In this document: positions 28,801 to 38,647 of the stretch, piece after piece | How positions within the stretch are numbered: position 1 is the first letter of the stretch | Layout of the letters: each line of letters opens with the position of its first letter | NCBI RefSeq assembly: GCF_002087085.1 | Contig: NZ_MWQY01000028.1 | Span: forward strand, 1 to 43,292 | Reading direction: 5' to 3' | Length of the DNA: 43,292 nt | The notes under the pieces: generated by a model | Told to the model about the DNA's origin: nothing | Database searches by the model: none | What the model saw: the letters and a program-made list of their open reading frames with translations, nothing else | Program-made: the position numbers and the translations under genes

Positions 28801-31800
28801 ACCTGGGATCCTTCTCGGTCAGGAATCACGTCCTGGTGAATATTCTCATGTTTGCCCTGCTGGTGCTGAGTCTTTTAAGTCTCCAGCGCATGCCCAGGGA
28901 GCAGTTCTCAGAGGTACCCTTCTTCTGGGTTACCATAAGCGTACCCTATCCGGGGGCCAGCCCTGAGGATATCGAACGATCTGTCACGATCAAAATTGAA
29001 AATGTGATGCAGGGGCTCAAAAGCCTTAAATCCGTCAGCTCCGTAAGCAGTGAAGGGCTTTCCCGGGTCCGGGTGGAGTTTGAGGACGGAATCGATGCGG
29101 ATGAGTTTGCCCGCCTTTTCCAGGAGACCAGGACACGATTCTCATCAGTGGAGCTTCCCGAGGGGACCCTGGAAGCGCAGCTTGACGATTTTTCCGCGGC
29201 TGATTTTCTACCTGTTATCGAAGTTGTACTCTCGGGCAATGTGGATTACCAGCTTCTCAGCTCTTCCGCAAATGAGCTCGAGGATCTCCTGGAAGGAATC
29301 CCGGAGGTGGCGGAGATTACCTCTGTAGGGTCCCGGGAACGCCGCATCCACGTGGATGTACTGCGGGCGAGCAGCGAGTCCCTGGGAGTCTCTCTCGGGG
29401 AGATTGCCGATACCATAAACGGGGTGAATCTGTCGATTCCGGCGGGTACGGCGTCTACGGCCAACCGTGAGTATATCGTCAGAACCCAGGGGGATACCAC
29501 GGACGTCACGGGAATTTCCGAGCTCGCGATCCACCGGGACTCCTCCGGATTGCAGAGAAGTATCCGGGTCGGTGATCTGGCCGGGGTTTCCGAAGGCTTC
29601 GAAGAATCGGGGATTCAGGCCCGCTTTAACGGACGCCAGGCGATAATCCTGAGGGTGGCCAAGGTAAGCGGGGGTGATTCCGCGGAGCTTGTTTCCGGGG
29701 TCAGAGAAGTGATCTCCCGCTTCAGCCGCTACATTCCCGTGGGAATACAGGTGGATACCTTCGGCGATTCCACGGTACAGATTCGCAACAGCATCGATGT
29801 ATTAAGCAGTAATGCCCTCTTCGGCCTCTTTCTGCTGACGCTGATTCTCTTTCTTTTTGTGGGTCTCAGGAACGCCCTTATTACCGGCCTGGGAATACCT
29901 GTCTCCTTTGCCATTACCCTGATTGTACTGGAGCTCAGCGGGCAGACCATAAATACCAACACCTTGTTCGGTCTGGTTCTGGTCCTGGGGCTGATCGTGG
30001 ACCATGGTATAGTCATAGTGGAAAACTCCTACCGGCTGCAGCAGCAGGGCTTTACGCGGCTGCAGGCGGCGATGAGCGGGGCCAACCAGGTCGTGGGGCC
30101 GGTGCTCGCGGCCACGGGAACGACCGTTGCCGCTTTTCTGCCCCTGATGCTGCTCCCCGGGACAATCGGCAGATTTTTGCGGGTTATACCCTTTACTGTT
30201 TCCGTGGCCCTTATCGCTTCCACCCTGGAGGCGCTGGTTTTTCTTCCCGCCCATTACGCAGAGTGGCCGGGAGGCAGGAAAAAGAAAGCCGGAATTCTTG
30301 CCGGGCCCCTGGAGGGGCTGCAGAGATCTTTTGCCCGGATGCTGGCCTTTCTGTACAAACGGAAAAAACGTACCCTCGCCGGGGCCCTTCTTTTTCTTGT
30401 CGTGTCCTTTTCTCTTGTCCCCTTTATCCGGCAGGACCTTTTCAGCGCCGAGGATTTTTCCCTCTTTTATATCGATATCGAAATGCCCGTCGGGACCCCC
30501 TCCGAGGGGACTTCCGATTTTGTTGTCCGGTACGAGAATCGGATTCTCCCCCTGGTTGGAAACGGTGAAATCACCGGCCTGGCCACATCCGTCGGTTTCC
30601 GGGGCAGCGAGAACGCGAATGCCAGGCAGGGCAACCTGGCCCAGATAATTGTGGACCTGGCGGAGCAGAGGGAAGGCAGGACCCGTCCTATCAGCGTCAT
30701 CATGGGCGAAATCGAGGCCCTCACAGCCGACATCGCCGGCGCAGAGGAGGTGGCGTTTCGTAAGGCGGTTAACGGACCTCCTGTTTCGCCGCCGGTGGGG
30801 TATCGTCTGTTCGGAGATGACTACGGGGAATTGCGTCGGGTCGCCGCCCGTATGCGTGAACGGCTTACGCAGTATCCCGAGCTCTTTAATATCCGGGACA
30901 ATATCGAGGCGGGAACCCCGGAGATGCGGATTGTCGTCAATTCCCATCGGGCCGCTGAATTCGGCATATCTTCAGGCTACGTGGGAAGCTACCTGCGTTC
31001 CGCCCTGGAGGGCATACCGGCGGGAAGTTACTTTATCCGCAACGAGGAGGTCCCGGTTATTGTACGGTATGCGTCGGATGAGGGTGTCAGCGATATAGGC
31101 GCCATCGACGAGATGAAGATCCCCCTTCCATCGGGCGGACAGATTCCCCTCTCTTCCCTGGCGGTCCTCGAGGAGGCGGTGCCTCTGGCTTCCATCAAGC
31201 GTCTTGACGGCAAGCGGGAGGTAAACATAGAGGCCTCCGCCTACGATGAACAGAACATCCGGGAGATCAACCGGGAGATTCGGGAGTATTATGATGCAGA
31301 ACTCAATCCGGAATATCCCGGAGTTGAGCTGAAAGTAGGGGGGGAATTTTCTGATCTGGACGATCTTCTCCTCCAGATCCTGCGGATATTCCTGCTGGGC
31401 ATTTTCCTGATGTACATGATTCTGGGTTCCCAGTTTTCTTCCTATACCCAGCCCTTCCTAATTCTTGTGACTCTTCCCTTTGCCTTCGCGGGGATCATTA
31501 CCTTCCTGGCCGTTTCGGGAACCCCCTTCTCCACAACGGTTCTCTACGCTGCCGTCGCCCTGGCGGGGATTGCCGTTAATGACAGTATTGTGTTGATCAG
31601 CTTCATCAACGAGAACAGGAAAGAGGATGTTCCGGTGATGCAGGCTGTTCTCGATGCAGCGGCGGCGCGGATGAGGCCGATACTCCTGACATCGGTAACC
31701 ACCATTGCGGGACTTCTTCCGGCGGCCCTGGGCATCGGAGGCAGGTCGGTGGTCTGGGCACCCATGGCCAGTACCATTATCTTCGGACTCCTCTTTTCCA

Positions 31801-31913
31801 CCCTGACGGCCCTGGTGGTTATTCCGCTGATCTACGGAATCTTCTACGACCGTCCCGGCAGGATGGATGCCCTCAGGGAATCAGCTCAAAGAGACGCTGA
31901 GACAGAAAGGTAA
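28797..31913 (+). CDS. RND efflux permease (AcrB/AcrD/AcrF family)
   Basis: 1038 aa; YPGASPEDIE, GLIVDHGIVIVEN, TTVAAFLP, GIAVNDSIVL, RMRPILLTSVTTIAGLLP; ATGA overlap with the adaptor gene. Confidence 0.96.
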   Translation: MNLGSFSVRNHVLVNILMFALLVLSLLSLQRMPREQFSEVPFFWVTISVPYPGASPEDIERSVTIKIENVMQGLKSLKSVSSVSSEGLSRVRVEFEDGIDADEFARLFQETRTRFSSVELPEGTLEAQLDDFSAADFLPVIEVVLSGNVDYQLLSSSANELEDLLEGIPEVAEITSVGSRERRIHVDVLRASSESLGVSLGEIADTINGVNLSIPAGTASTANREYIVRTQGDTTDVTGISELAIHRDSSGLQRSIRVGDLAGVSEGFEESGIQARFNGRQAIILRVAKVSGGDSAELVSGVREVISRFSRYIPVGIQVDTFGDSTVQIRNSIDVLSSNALFGLFLLTLILFLFVGLRNALITGLGIPVSFAITLIVLELSGQTINTNTLFGLVLVLGLIVDHGIVIVENSYRLQQQGFTRLQAAMSGANQVVGPVLAATGTTVAAFLPLMLLPGTIGRFLRVIPFTVSVALIASTLEALVFLPAHYAEWPGGRKKKAGILAGPLEGLQRSFARMLAFLYKRKKRTLAGALLFLVVSFSLVPFIRQDLFSAEDFSLFYIDIEMPVGTPSEGTSDFVVRYENRILPLVGNGEITGLATSVGFRGSENANARQGNLAQIIVDLAEQREGRTRPISVIMGEIEALTADIAGAEEVAFRKAVNGPPVSPPVGYRLFGDDYGELRRVAARMRERLTQYPELFNIRDNIEAGTPEMRIVVNSHRAAEFGISSGYVGSYLRSALEGIPAGSYFIRNEEVPVIVRYASDEGVSDIGAIDEMKIPLPSGGQIPLSSLAVLEEAVPLASIKRLDGKREVNIEASAYDEQNIREINREIREYYDAELNPEYPGVELKVGGEFSDLDDLLLQILRIFLLGIFLMYMILGSQFSSYTQPFLILVTLPFAFAGIITFLAVSGTPFSTTVLYAAVALAGIAVNDSIVLISFINENRKEDVPVMQAVLDAAAARMRPILLTSVTTIAGLLPAALGIGGRSVVWAPMASTIIFGLLFSTLTALVVIPLIYGIFYDRPGRMDALRESAQRDAETER

Positions 31914-32121
31914 AGGCCACCAGGCCGCCGATGAGAAAGAGAACCGCGAAGGTTACGATAACTATCAGTGCCGCCCGTCCGAAGCTCCGGGTCTCTTCGT
32001 CACTCCCGGCGAAGCCCCAGAGGAGCGACGCAATGACGTTGATTACCGGGATTCCCAAAAGAAGCAGGCGAATCAGGTATCGGGTAAATATCGAATTGTT
32101 GTCTAAAGGTTGATCACCCAC
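31873..32121 (-). CDS. Small two-TM membrane protein
   Basis: IPVINVIA.L.WGF...RSFGRA pattern; GTG start with AGGAG SD; 41-bp convergent overlap with the RND permease. Confidence 0.65.
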   Translation of the reverse strand: MGDQPLDNNSIFTRYLIRLLLLGIPVINVIASLLWGFAGSDEETRSFGRAALIVIVTFAVLFLIGGLVAFTFLSQRLFELIP

Positions 32122-32160
32122 GGTACGAGCTTCTCCTGTTGTTTGTGTCTGCTGTATGTA

Positions 32161-33828
32161 TCATGGATAGGGTATCCCTTCAATCCCGTAGGAGTCGATT
32201 AATGCGGCGAAGTCAGGGTTTTTCATCATGACCCTGAAGCTGTGGTCAATCGCCTCGGGATCGACCCTCTTTTCGAGTTCCGTTCCCAGACGGGCACGGG
32301 AATCCTCGTCCATACCGATGATTCTGCCGGTGATATTCTTGAAGGCGTCGAGGCTCTCCCAGAAGCGTCTTGTTTCCCGGATCTCTGCAAGATCTCCCGG
32401 AAGGGTGAAGATCTGCATAAGCCTGGCGATGCGCTCCTTCTCGTCCTCATGTAGGGAAATCGCCGGAAGGGCATCCTCTTTCCTTCGGGTCAGTTCCCTG
32501 GGAGTGGCGCTCAGCTGCTGTTCCGCACCAACTTCACTGGCGGGGCGTTTTTCAGGTTCACAGGCAACGCTGCCTTCAAGTACGCTCAGCAGGATCTGCC
32601 GTTTTTCCACCTCCAGCACCAGGTCCGTTCCGGTTACCAGGTACTCCGCCCCGGGGGTGCTGAAACGGTAATCCGGCCGGTTCTTTCCGACAATGCGGCC
32701 CCGGACACTGCCTTCCAGCAGGCTGAATCTGGCGGCGGGCTTATCCGGACCTGCAGGAAGCTGAAGCAGGCTGAAGTCTGTCTCCTCCCCGATTTTGAGT
32801 ATGCTGCCGTCCCTCAGTATGAGCTCAAGGGAGGAATCGGCGTCGGTCCGGAGTCTGGTATCGGCATACAGATCGTCGCCGGTGACGGGCAGGATACCTC
32901 CCCCCTTCGGGTTCTCCACCCTGACCCGCCCGAGAACACGACTGACCAGGGCGGTGGGTTCCGGCGGAATCAGGGCGTCGGGATCACCTAGTCCGGCAAG
33001 ACGCCGGGCGGCCTCTTTCAGCGTTTCCTGTCCTGTCGGGAAGGCTGCTGCCACCGCATCCGCGAAGTCAGTGCCCTCCTTGCGAAGCAGGAGACTGAGT
33101 TCATCCATAACGGACTTCCGCAGATCGGGATCTATCCTGAGCTCCGCGGCAAGGGCGTCCTTTCTGGCTTCGAGACCCTCCAGCCTGAGTACCGGAGGCA
33201 GTACCTGCTGCAGCTCGCTGTAGGGAAGAGAAAGGGCTGTTCGGGAAACCCGGGTAAAGGGGAGACCGGTATTTTCCGGAATAAGAGCAGAAAACAGGCC
33301 TTCGGCTATTCTTTCGGGAACTCTGAGTCTGGAAAGGCTCATGTTTCTGAAAAAGAGGATGATTCCGTCTTCTTCCGGCCGCAGCGCCAGATCCGCTCTG
33401 ACCTTTGTTGCAAGAGGGCGCAGACGTATCCATCCCGGGGTAAGCGACTCCGGCGGGACCATCACGAGGTCCGCGTAAAGGCTGATCTCTCCGGGTTCCA
33501 GATCAAGGCTGATCTTCTGTATATCCACGCTCCTGTCGGGGGCTTCTTCCCGTGCAGTAACGGCGGAGATCATGCGGTCCAGGGCTTCTTCCCTGATGAT
33601 GGTGATCTGCCCGAGCTCCAGGGCTTCCATAAAGCTCAGCAGCTCCGTCTGCATACCGGCGGTTTCCCGTACTGCTCCCACCCGTGGCAGGGGCTGGGTA
33701 GCCCGCTCCACAAGAAAACCCGCCAGGGTAAGAAATCCTCCCACAAAATAGAAGAGATAGAGAATTATCCCCAGCAGAAGCCCTGCGGCGGTGAGGAAAA
33801 GCTTGTGAGCGGGTGATGCGGGAGTCAT
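32161..33828 (-). CDS. Membrane-anchored protein with a FecR-like domain
   Basis: N-terminal TM; LRTDADSSLELILRDGSILKIGEET, LLEGSV, TPGAEYLVTGT, SVLEGSV (FecR-like). Start uncertain (ATG 33828 chosen; ORF is open to 33879). Confidence 0.75.
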   Translation of the reverse strand: MTPASPAHKLFLTAAGLLLGIILYLFYFVGGFLTLAGFLVERATQPLPRVGAVRETAGMQTELLSFMEALELGQITIIREEALDRMISAVTAREEAPDRSVDIQKISLDLEPGEISLYADLVMVPPESLTPGWIRLRPLATKVRADLALRPEEDGIILFFRNMSLSRLRVPERIAEGLFSALIPENTGLPFTRVSRTALSLPYSELQQVLPPVLRLEGLEARKDALAAELRIDPDLRKSVMDELSLLLRKEGTDFADAVAAAFPTGQETLKEAARRLAGLGDPDALIPPEPTALVSRVLGRVRVENPKGGGILPVTGDDLYADTRLRTDADSSLELILRDGSILKIGEETDFSLLQLPAGPDKPAARFSLLEGSVRGRIVGKNRPDYRFSTPGAEYLVTGTDLVLEVEKRQILLSVLEGSVACEPEKRPASEVGAEQQLSATPRELTRRKEDALPAISLHEDEKERIARLMQIFTLPGDLAEIRETRRFWESLDAFKNITGRIIGMDEDSRARLGTELEKRVDPEAIDHSFRVMMKNPDFAALIDSYGIEGIPYP

Positions 33829-33998
33829 TACGCATTGAGTATACTGCAGCGGGGAGGTTTTTTCAGCAGTTTTTCCCAACGAAATATAAGCCCGGGTTTC
33901 CGGTGCTTGACCATCCCCCGTGACAGGCGGTAGGCTGAATTTTACGGAGGATGGGTCCTCCCTTATTCAGTGCAGATTTTTCCAAGCGAGGATTGATC

Positions 33999-35921
33999 TT
34001 GAAAGAAATTCTGGAAACAGCTGCTCCATGGGCTCTTGAAGACTCCAGGGAGCTGTATGGAATAGATCACTGGGGGAGCCGCTATTTCGGCGTCTCTCCC
34101 GAAGGCGATGTTACGGTCCGTTTGCGTAAAGGGGATTCCTGGAGTGACGTCAGTATTCACTCCCTGGCCCAGGGGGCACAGGAGCGCGGCCTCTGCATGC
34201 CCGTGCTCTTCAGGTTCAGGGATATTCTGGACTCCCGTATTATCCTCCTGAACGAAAGCTTTGCCAAGGCGATCAGGGAGTACGGCTACAAGGGGGAATA
34301 CCGCGGGGTGTTCCCGGTCAAGGTGAATCAGCAGCAGGAGGTCATCAGCGAGATCGTACGGGCCGGCAGGAAGTATCATCACGGTCTGGAGGCGGGTAGC
34401 AAGGCTGAACTCATCGCCGCCCTCGGTTACATGCATGATCCGGAAAGCTACATTGTCTGTAACGGTTACAAGGACGAGGAGTTTATCGATCTCGCCCTCT
34501 ACGGCAACAAGCTCGGGCTCAAGGTCATCATTGTAGTCGAGCGTCCCGGAGAGCTCGAACTGGTTCTGAGCCGCGCGGAAAAGGCCAGGGTCAAACCCTC
34601 CCTGGGCCTGCGGATAAAACTGACCGCCAAATCGGAAGGACACTGGACCGAGTCCGGGGGAGACAAGAGCATCTTCGGTCTTACGGCGCTCCAGATTACC
34701 GAAAGTGTCGACCTGCTGCGGGAACGGAACATGCTTGACTGTCTGGAGCTGCTCCACTACCACCAGGGATCCCAGCTGCCGAACATCAGGAATATCCGTA
34801 TTGCCCTGACCGAGGCCTGCCGCTACTACGCTGAACTGAAGCGCGAAGGTGCCAGGATGGGCATTCTCGATATAGGCGGCGGTCTTGCGGTGGACTATGA
34901 CGGCTCCAAGACCAACTTCGCCTCCAGCAAAAACTACTCCATGGAGGAGTTCTGCTACGATGTTGTGGAGATTGTCATGTCCACCCTTGATGCCGAAGGC
35001 GTTGAGCACCCCGTCATTGTCTCCGAATCCGGACGCTCCCTTGTAGCCTACTCGTCGGTACTGGTTTTTAATGTCCTGGACATCAACAAGGCGGCCCATG
35101 ACGAAATCCCCGAAGAGCTGCCGGAGAGCTGTCACAGCTACCTGAAAAACCTGAGAGAAACAGCCCGGAGCATTACCGCCAAAAACGCTCAGGAGGCCTT
35201 TAACGACGCCATCTATTACCGGGACGAGCTGCACAGTCTGTTCATCCACGGGACCATCAGTCTGCGGGAAAAGAGCCTGGCGGACCGGATTTTCTGGCAT
35301 GTAATCAACAAAATCGTCAGGACCACCAGGCAAATGGATTATATCCCCGAAGACCTCACCGGGATCGACCGGGTCATTCACGATACCTACTACGGAAATT
35401 TCAGCATCTTCCAGTCCCTTCCCGATTCCTGGGCCATAGATCAGCTTTTTCCCATCATGCCCATTCATCGTCTTCGGGAGGAACCCCGGCGTCCCGCGGT
35501 TCTGGCGGACATCACCTGCGATTCAGACGGCAAGATCGACAGGTTTATCGATCTGCAGGGGGTCAAGAACTCCCTGCTCCTTCACGATCTGAAATCGGAT
35601 GAAGAGTATTTTCTGGGGATTTTCCTTGTGGGGGCCTATCAGGAGACCCTGGGGGACCTTCATAACCTCTTCGGAGATACCAACATCGTCTCCATCAGTC
35701 TGGATGACGAAGGTACGGTGGTCTACGAGCATGAGACCAAGGGCGATTCGGTGGCGGATGTCCTGAGCTATGTGGAGTACGATCCCAACGAGTTGATCCG
35801 GGGCTTCCGTTCCCTTGCCGAGCGTGCCGTACGCTGCAGGCTGCTCGCTCCCAAGGAACGCCGGGAGATAGTCGAAGCCTACGAGGCGGGATTGAGGGGC
35901 TACACCTACTACGAATGGTAA
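33999..35921 (+). CDS. speA: Biosynthetic arginine decarboxylase
   Basis: VFPVKVNQ (PLP Lys), GLEAGSKAEL, CNGYKD, DIGGGLAVDYDG, ESGR, FQSLPDSWAIDQLFP, TCDSDG, GAYQETLGDLHNLFG. TTG 33999 chosen because GAGGA precedes it (ORF is open from 33951). Confidence 0.96.
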   Translation: MKEILETAAPWALEDSRELYGIDHWGSRYFGVSPEGDVTVRLRKGDSWSDVSIHSLAQGAQERGLCMPVLFRFRDILDSRIILLNESFAKAIREYGYKGEYRGVFPVKVNQQQEVISEIVRAGRKYHHGLEAGSKAELIAALGYMHDPESYIVCNGYKDEEFIDLALYGNKLGLKVIIVVERPGELELVLSRAEKARVKPSLGLRIKLTAKSEGHWTESGGDKSIFGLTALQITESVDLLRERNMLDCLELLHYHQGSQLPNIRNIRIALTEACRYYAELKREGARMGILDIGGGLAVDYDGSKTNFASSKNYSMEEFCYDVVEIVMSTLDAEGVEHPVIVSESGRSLVAYSSVLVFNVLDINKAAHDEIPEELPESCHSYLKNLRETARSITAKNAQEAFNDAIYYRDELHSLFIHGTISLREKSLADRIFWHVINKIVRTTRQMDYIPEDLTGIDRVIHDTYYGNFSIFQSLPDSWAIDQLFPIMPIHRLREEPRRPAVLADITCDSDGKIDRFIDLQGVKNSLLLHDLKSDEEYFLGIFLVGAYQETLGDLHNLFGDTNIVSISLDDEGTVVYEHETKGDSVADVLSYVEYDPNELIRGFRSLAERAVRCRLLAPKERREIVEAYEAGLRGYTYYEW

Positions 35922-35936
35922 GGTGTTGAGAAAATA

Positions 35937-36512
35937 ATGAAGGATTACGACTACAGCTTTATTCCTGCAGACGCGTATACCGATGCGGACAGGGATGCCA
36001 TTACCGGCTTGTGGCTGTCGGTTTGGCCGGACCACAGCCGGGAATACTACGGGGAGAAAATGGCCCGCACCGCTGAGATCAGCGGGGAACTTCCGGCGGG
36101 GTATCCGGTTTTCCGGGTAAAGGATGCCGCTGTCGCCGCGGCGCTGATTTTTCCCAGGGAGATTCGTACTCCCCGGGGGTCTCTTACGCTTATGGCTTTA
36201 AGCGGTGTCTGTGTCAGGTCGGATCTGCGGGGGCAGGGCCTGGGGGCTGGGGTGGTACGAAAGGCTTTCTCCTTTGTCGGCCAGGGCCTGTACAGGGTAA
36301 GCCTTTTTCAGACCAGTTACCGGGTGGCCCCGTTTTACGAAAGTCTCGGCTGCCGCCGGGTGGATAACCCCTTTATCAACTCCCTGACCCCGGACAAGGC
36401 GGATCCGGAAGCCCTGCGCCGTTCTGTATTCTGGGACGATGTGGTCATGATCTATCCCGCAGGTTTTGACTGGCCCGCGGGACAGATCGATCTGTGCGGT
36501 CCCGCCTATTAG
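35937..36512 (+). CDS. GNAT-family N-acetyltransferase
   Basis: LSGVCVRSDLRGQGLG acetyl-CoA motif A; FYESLG. Confidence 0.85.
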   Translation: MKDYDYSFIPADAYTDADRDAITGLWLSVWPDHSREYYGEKMARTAEISGELPAGYPVFRVKDAAVAAALIFPREIRTPRGSLTLMALSGVCVRSDLRGQGLGAGVVRKAFSFVGQGLYRVSLFQTSYRVAPFYESLGCRRVDNPFINSLTPDKADPEALRRSVFWDDVVMIYPAGFDWPAGQIDLCGPAY

Positions 36513-38518
36513 GCCAGGTTCTCCATCATGTCCATGAGTCCTCCGCCGTTCTTCACGTCGGAGAAGCCCATCTGCCTCAGCATGCGGGATGCGTAGGCGC
36601 TCCGGGCGCCGGAAGCGCAGTAGACTATGATTTCCCGGTTCTTGTCGGTAATCTCCTCAGCCCGATATCCCAGGGCGTCCAGGGGAATATTTACTGAGTC
36701 GGGATAGGCTCCAAAACTGAACTCCTCTGGAGTCCGGACATCGATTACAAGGGTTCCGTGGCCGCTCAGGGTGCCGGCGGATTCCTGTACTGCAAGCTCG
36801 TCTTCCTCTTCACCGTTGCCCTCAAGGCTCTTCTCCTCCGGCTGCAGCAGGGGAACGTGCAGGTGGCTGAAGCCAAGGGCCCGGGCGTGGCGTTCAAGGC
36901 TGGTGTACCCGCCGCTCAGATTGTACACCTCGTCAAAACCGGCCTGCACCAGCTGACGGAGGGCCTGGTGGGCCTTTTTCCCCGTATCATCGTAGACAAT
37001 CACCGGACGGTCCTTAACGATGGAACCGATCCGCTGGGCCAGGTGAGTGAGGGGTACGTGGTCGGCTCCGTTGACGTGGGAGCGTTCGAAGGCGAAATAG
37101 TCCCGGACGTCGATAAAGGCCGGTTTATGCCGCTGGACAAACTGGTCCAGTTCCGCCGCCGTAAGGGCGGGGCTGTAGCCCGAGATCCGGTTCTCTGCGG
37201 CAAAGGCGGCCATGTTTATGGCATCGTTGGCACTTCCCAGGGGCGGAGAGTAGGCCAAGTCGAGTTCCGCAAGCTCATGCACCCTCATGCCCGCGGCTGC
37301 GGCTGTTGCCAGGACATCGAGACGCCGGTCGGCTCCGGCGTAGCCTGCGGTCTGGCCGCCCAGGATACGTCCCGTTTCCCGGTCGTAGATAACCAGCACC
37401 GTAACCTGCTGAGATCCGGGATAGTAGGAGGTGTGGTGTTCCTTGTGTACCGTAACCGCCTCGGCCCGGAAGCCAGCCTGCCGCGCCTGGTTCAGATTCA
37501 GGCCGGTGCTTCCCGCTACGGCCTCAAAGACCCGGACGATGGATGTTCCCTGAGAACCGGAGTAACTCTTGGGAACCCCCAGTGCGTTATTGGCGGCGAT
37601 ACGTCCCTGCCGGTTGGCGGGCCCCGCCAGGGGAATGCGCACCTTGGCCCCGTTGATCCTGTGTTCTATTTCCACCATGTCACCGGCGGCGAAGATACCG
37701 GGATCAGAAGTTCTCAGGTACTGGTCCACCAGCAGTCCTCCGGCATCCCCGAGCTCCAGGCCGGCTTCGGTGGCCAGTTTCAGGGTGGGGCGAACCCCCA
37801 CGGACATAAGCACCATGTCCGCCCGCAAACGCGTTCCGTCGTCCAGCAGTACCTGGCTGGAGCTGATCTCCTCGACACTTCGGGAGGTATAGACCCCCAC
37901 GCCGTAGGAGAGGAGTTCCTCCTGAAGGAAGCCCGCGATTTCGCCTTCCATGACGGGCATGACATGGGGGAGCCGCTCCACGACACTCACCTGCAGTCCC
38001 CGTTTGCGAAGGGCTTCCACCATCTCGAGGCCGATGAAACCGCCCCCCACGACAACGGCGTTTTCCGGATTCCTGGTACGGATAAAATCGTCGATACCGT
38101 CCATATCCTGAAGGGTCCACAGGGAGAAGACGTGATCCAGCCCGACACCCTTCAAAGGCGGTACCAGGGGCTTGCCACCCTGGGCAAGGATAAGGGAATC
38201 GTAGGAGTATTCCCTTTCTTCTCCACTGGGTTTATGCAGGGCCCGTACCTTCTTTCCTTCCCGATCTAGGCTCAGGGCCTCCGTTTCAGTGATTACCGTA
38301 ACGTTGTACTGGGATTTAAAGCTCTCCGGACTCTGGAGAATCAGTTTGGAGCGACTGTCGATATCGCCTCCTATATAGTAGGGCAGTCCGCAGTTTGCAA
38401 ACGAGACATCCGGCCCTGCTTCAAGAACCGTGATCTCAGCCTTCGCGTCAAGGCGGCGTGCCCGTGCAGCGGCAGTCGCGCCTGCGGCAACTCCGCCGAT
38501 AATAAGCAATTTCTGCAT
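36509..38518 (-). CDS. CoA-disulfide/persulfide reductase-family flavoprotein with two C-terminal rhodanese domains
   Basis: GGVAAG, SFANCGLPY (redox Cys), GGGFIG, FAAGD, LAYSPP; rhodanese 1 IDVR...VYDDTG; rhodanese 2 IDVRTPEEF...VYCASGARS. Confidence 0.93.
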   Translation of the reverse strand: MQKLLIIGGVAAGATAAARARRLDAKAEITVLEAGPDVSFANCGLPYYIGGDIDSRSKLILQSPESFKSQYNVTVITETEALSLDREGKKVRALHKPSGEEREYSYDSLILAQGGKPLVPPLKGVGLDHVFSLWTLQDMDGIDDFIRTRNPENAVVVGGGFIGLEMVEALRKRGLQVSVVERLPHVMPVMEGEIAGFLQEELLSYGVGVYTSRSVEEISSSQVLLDDGTRLRADMVLMSVGVRPTLKLATEAGLELGDAGGLLVDQYLRTSDPGIFAAGDMVEIEHRINGAKVRIPLAGPANRQGRIAANNALGVPKSYSGSQGTSIVRVFEAVAGSTGLNLNQARQAGFRAEAVTVHKEHHTSYYPGSQQVTVLVIYDRETGRILGGQTAGYAGADRRLDVLATAAAAGMRVHELAELDLAYSPPLGSANDAINMAAFAAENRISGYSPALTAAELDQFVQRHKPAFIDVRDYFAFERSHVNGADHVPLTHLAQRIGSIVKDRPVIVYDDTGKKAHQALRQLVQAGFDEVYNLSGGYTSLERHARALGFSHLHVPLLQPEEKSLEGNGEEEDELAVQESAGTLSGHGTLVIDVRTPEEFSFGAYPDSVNIPLDALGYRAEEITDKNREIIVYCASGARSAYASRMLRQMGFSDVKNGGGLMDMMENLA

Positions 38519-38547
38519 ACAAAACTCCTTCTAAGTATCTATATATA

Positions 38548-38577
38548 GAGAATATTATATATAAAGACTTTTGTCAA
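38548..38577 (-). promoter_or_regulatory. Promoter of the CoADR-rhodanese gene
   Basis: Minus strand TTGACA, 17 bp, TATTCT; AAGGAG SD; overlapped by TATATATA palindromes. Confidence 0.6.
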
Positions 38578-38647
38578 GGAGTTTCAATAAACTCACGATA
38601 CCAGGAAAAAGTTGACTATATAATTCAACAATTACTACCTTCAATAC

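Noticed and set aside
33963..35468. Long antisense ORFs (501 aa here; also 36758-38269, 38555-39769, 29802-30947, 17112-18164, 22436-23479)
   Set aside because: They lie opposite well-supported genes, have no motifs, and are expected as shadows of GC-rich codon usage.
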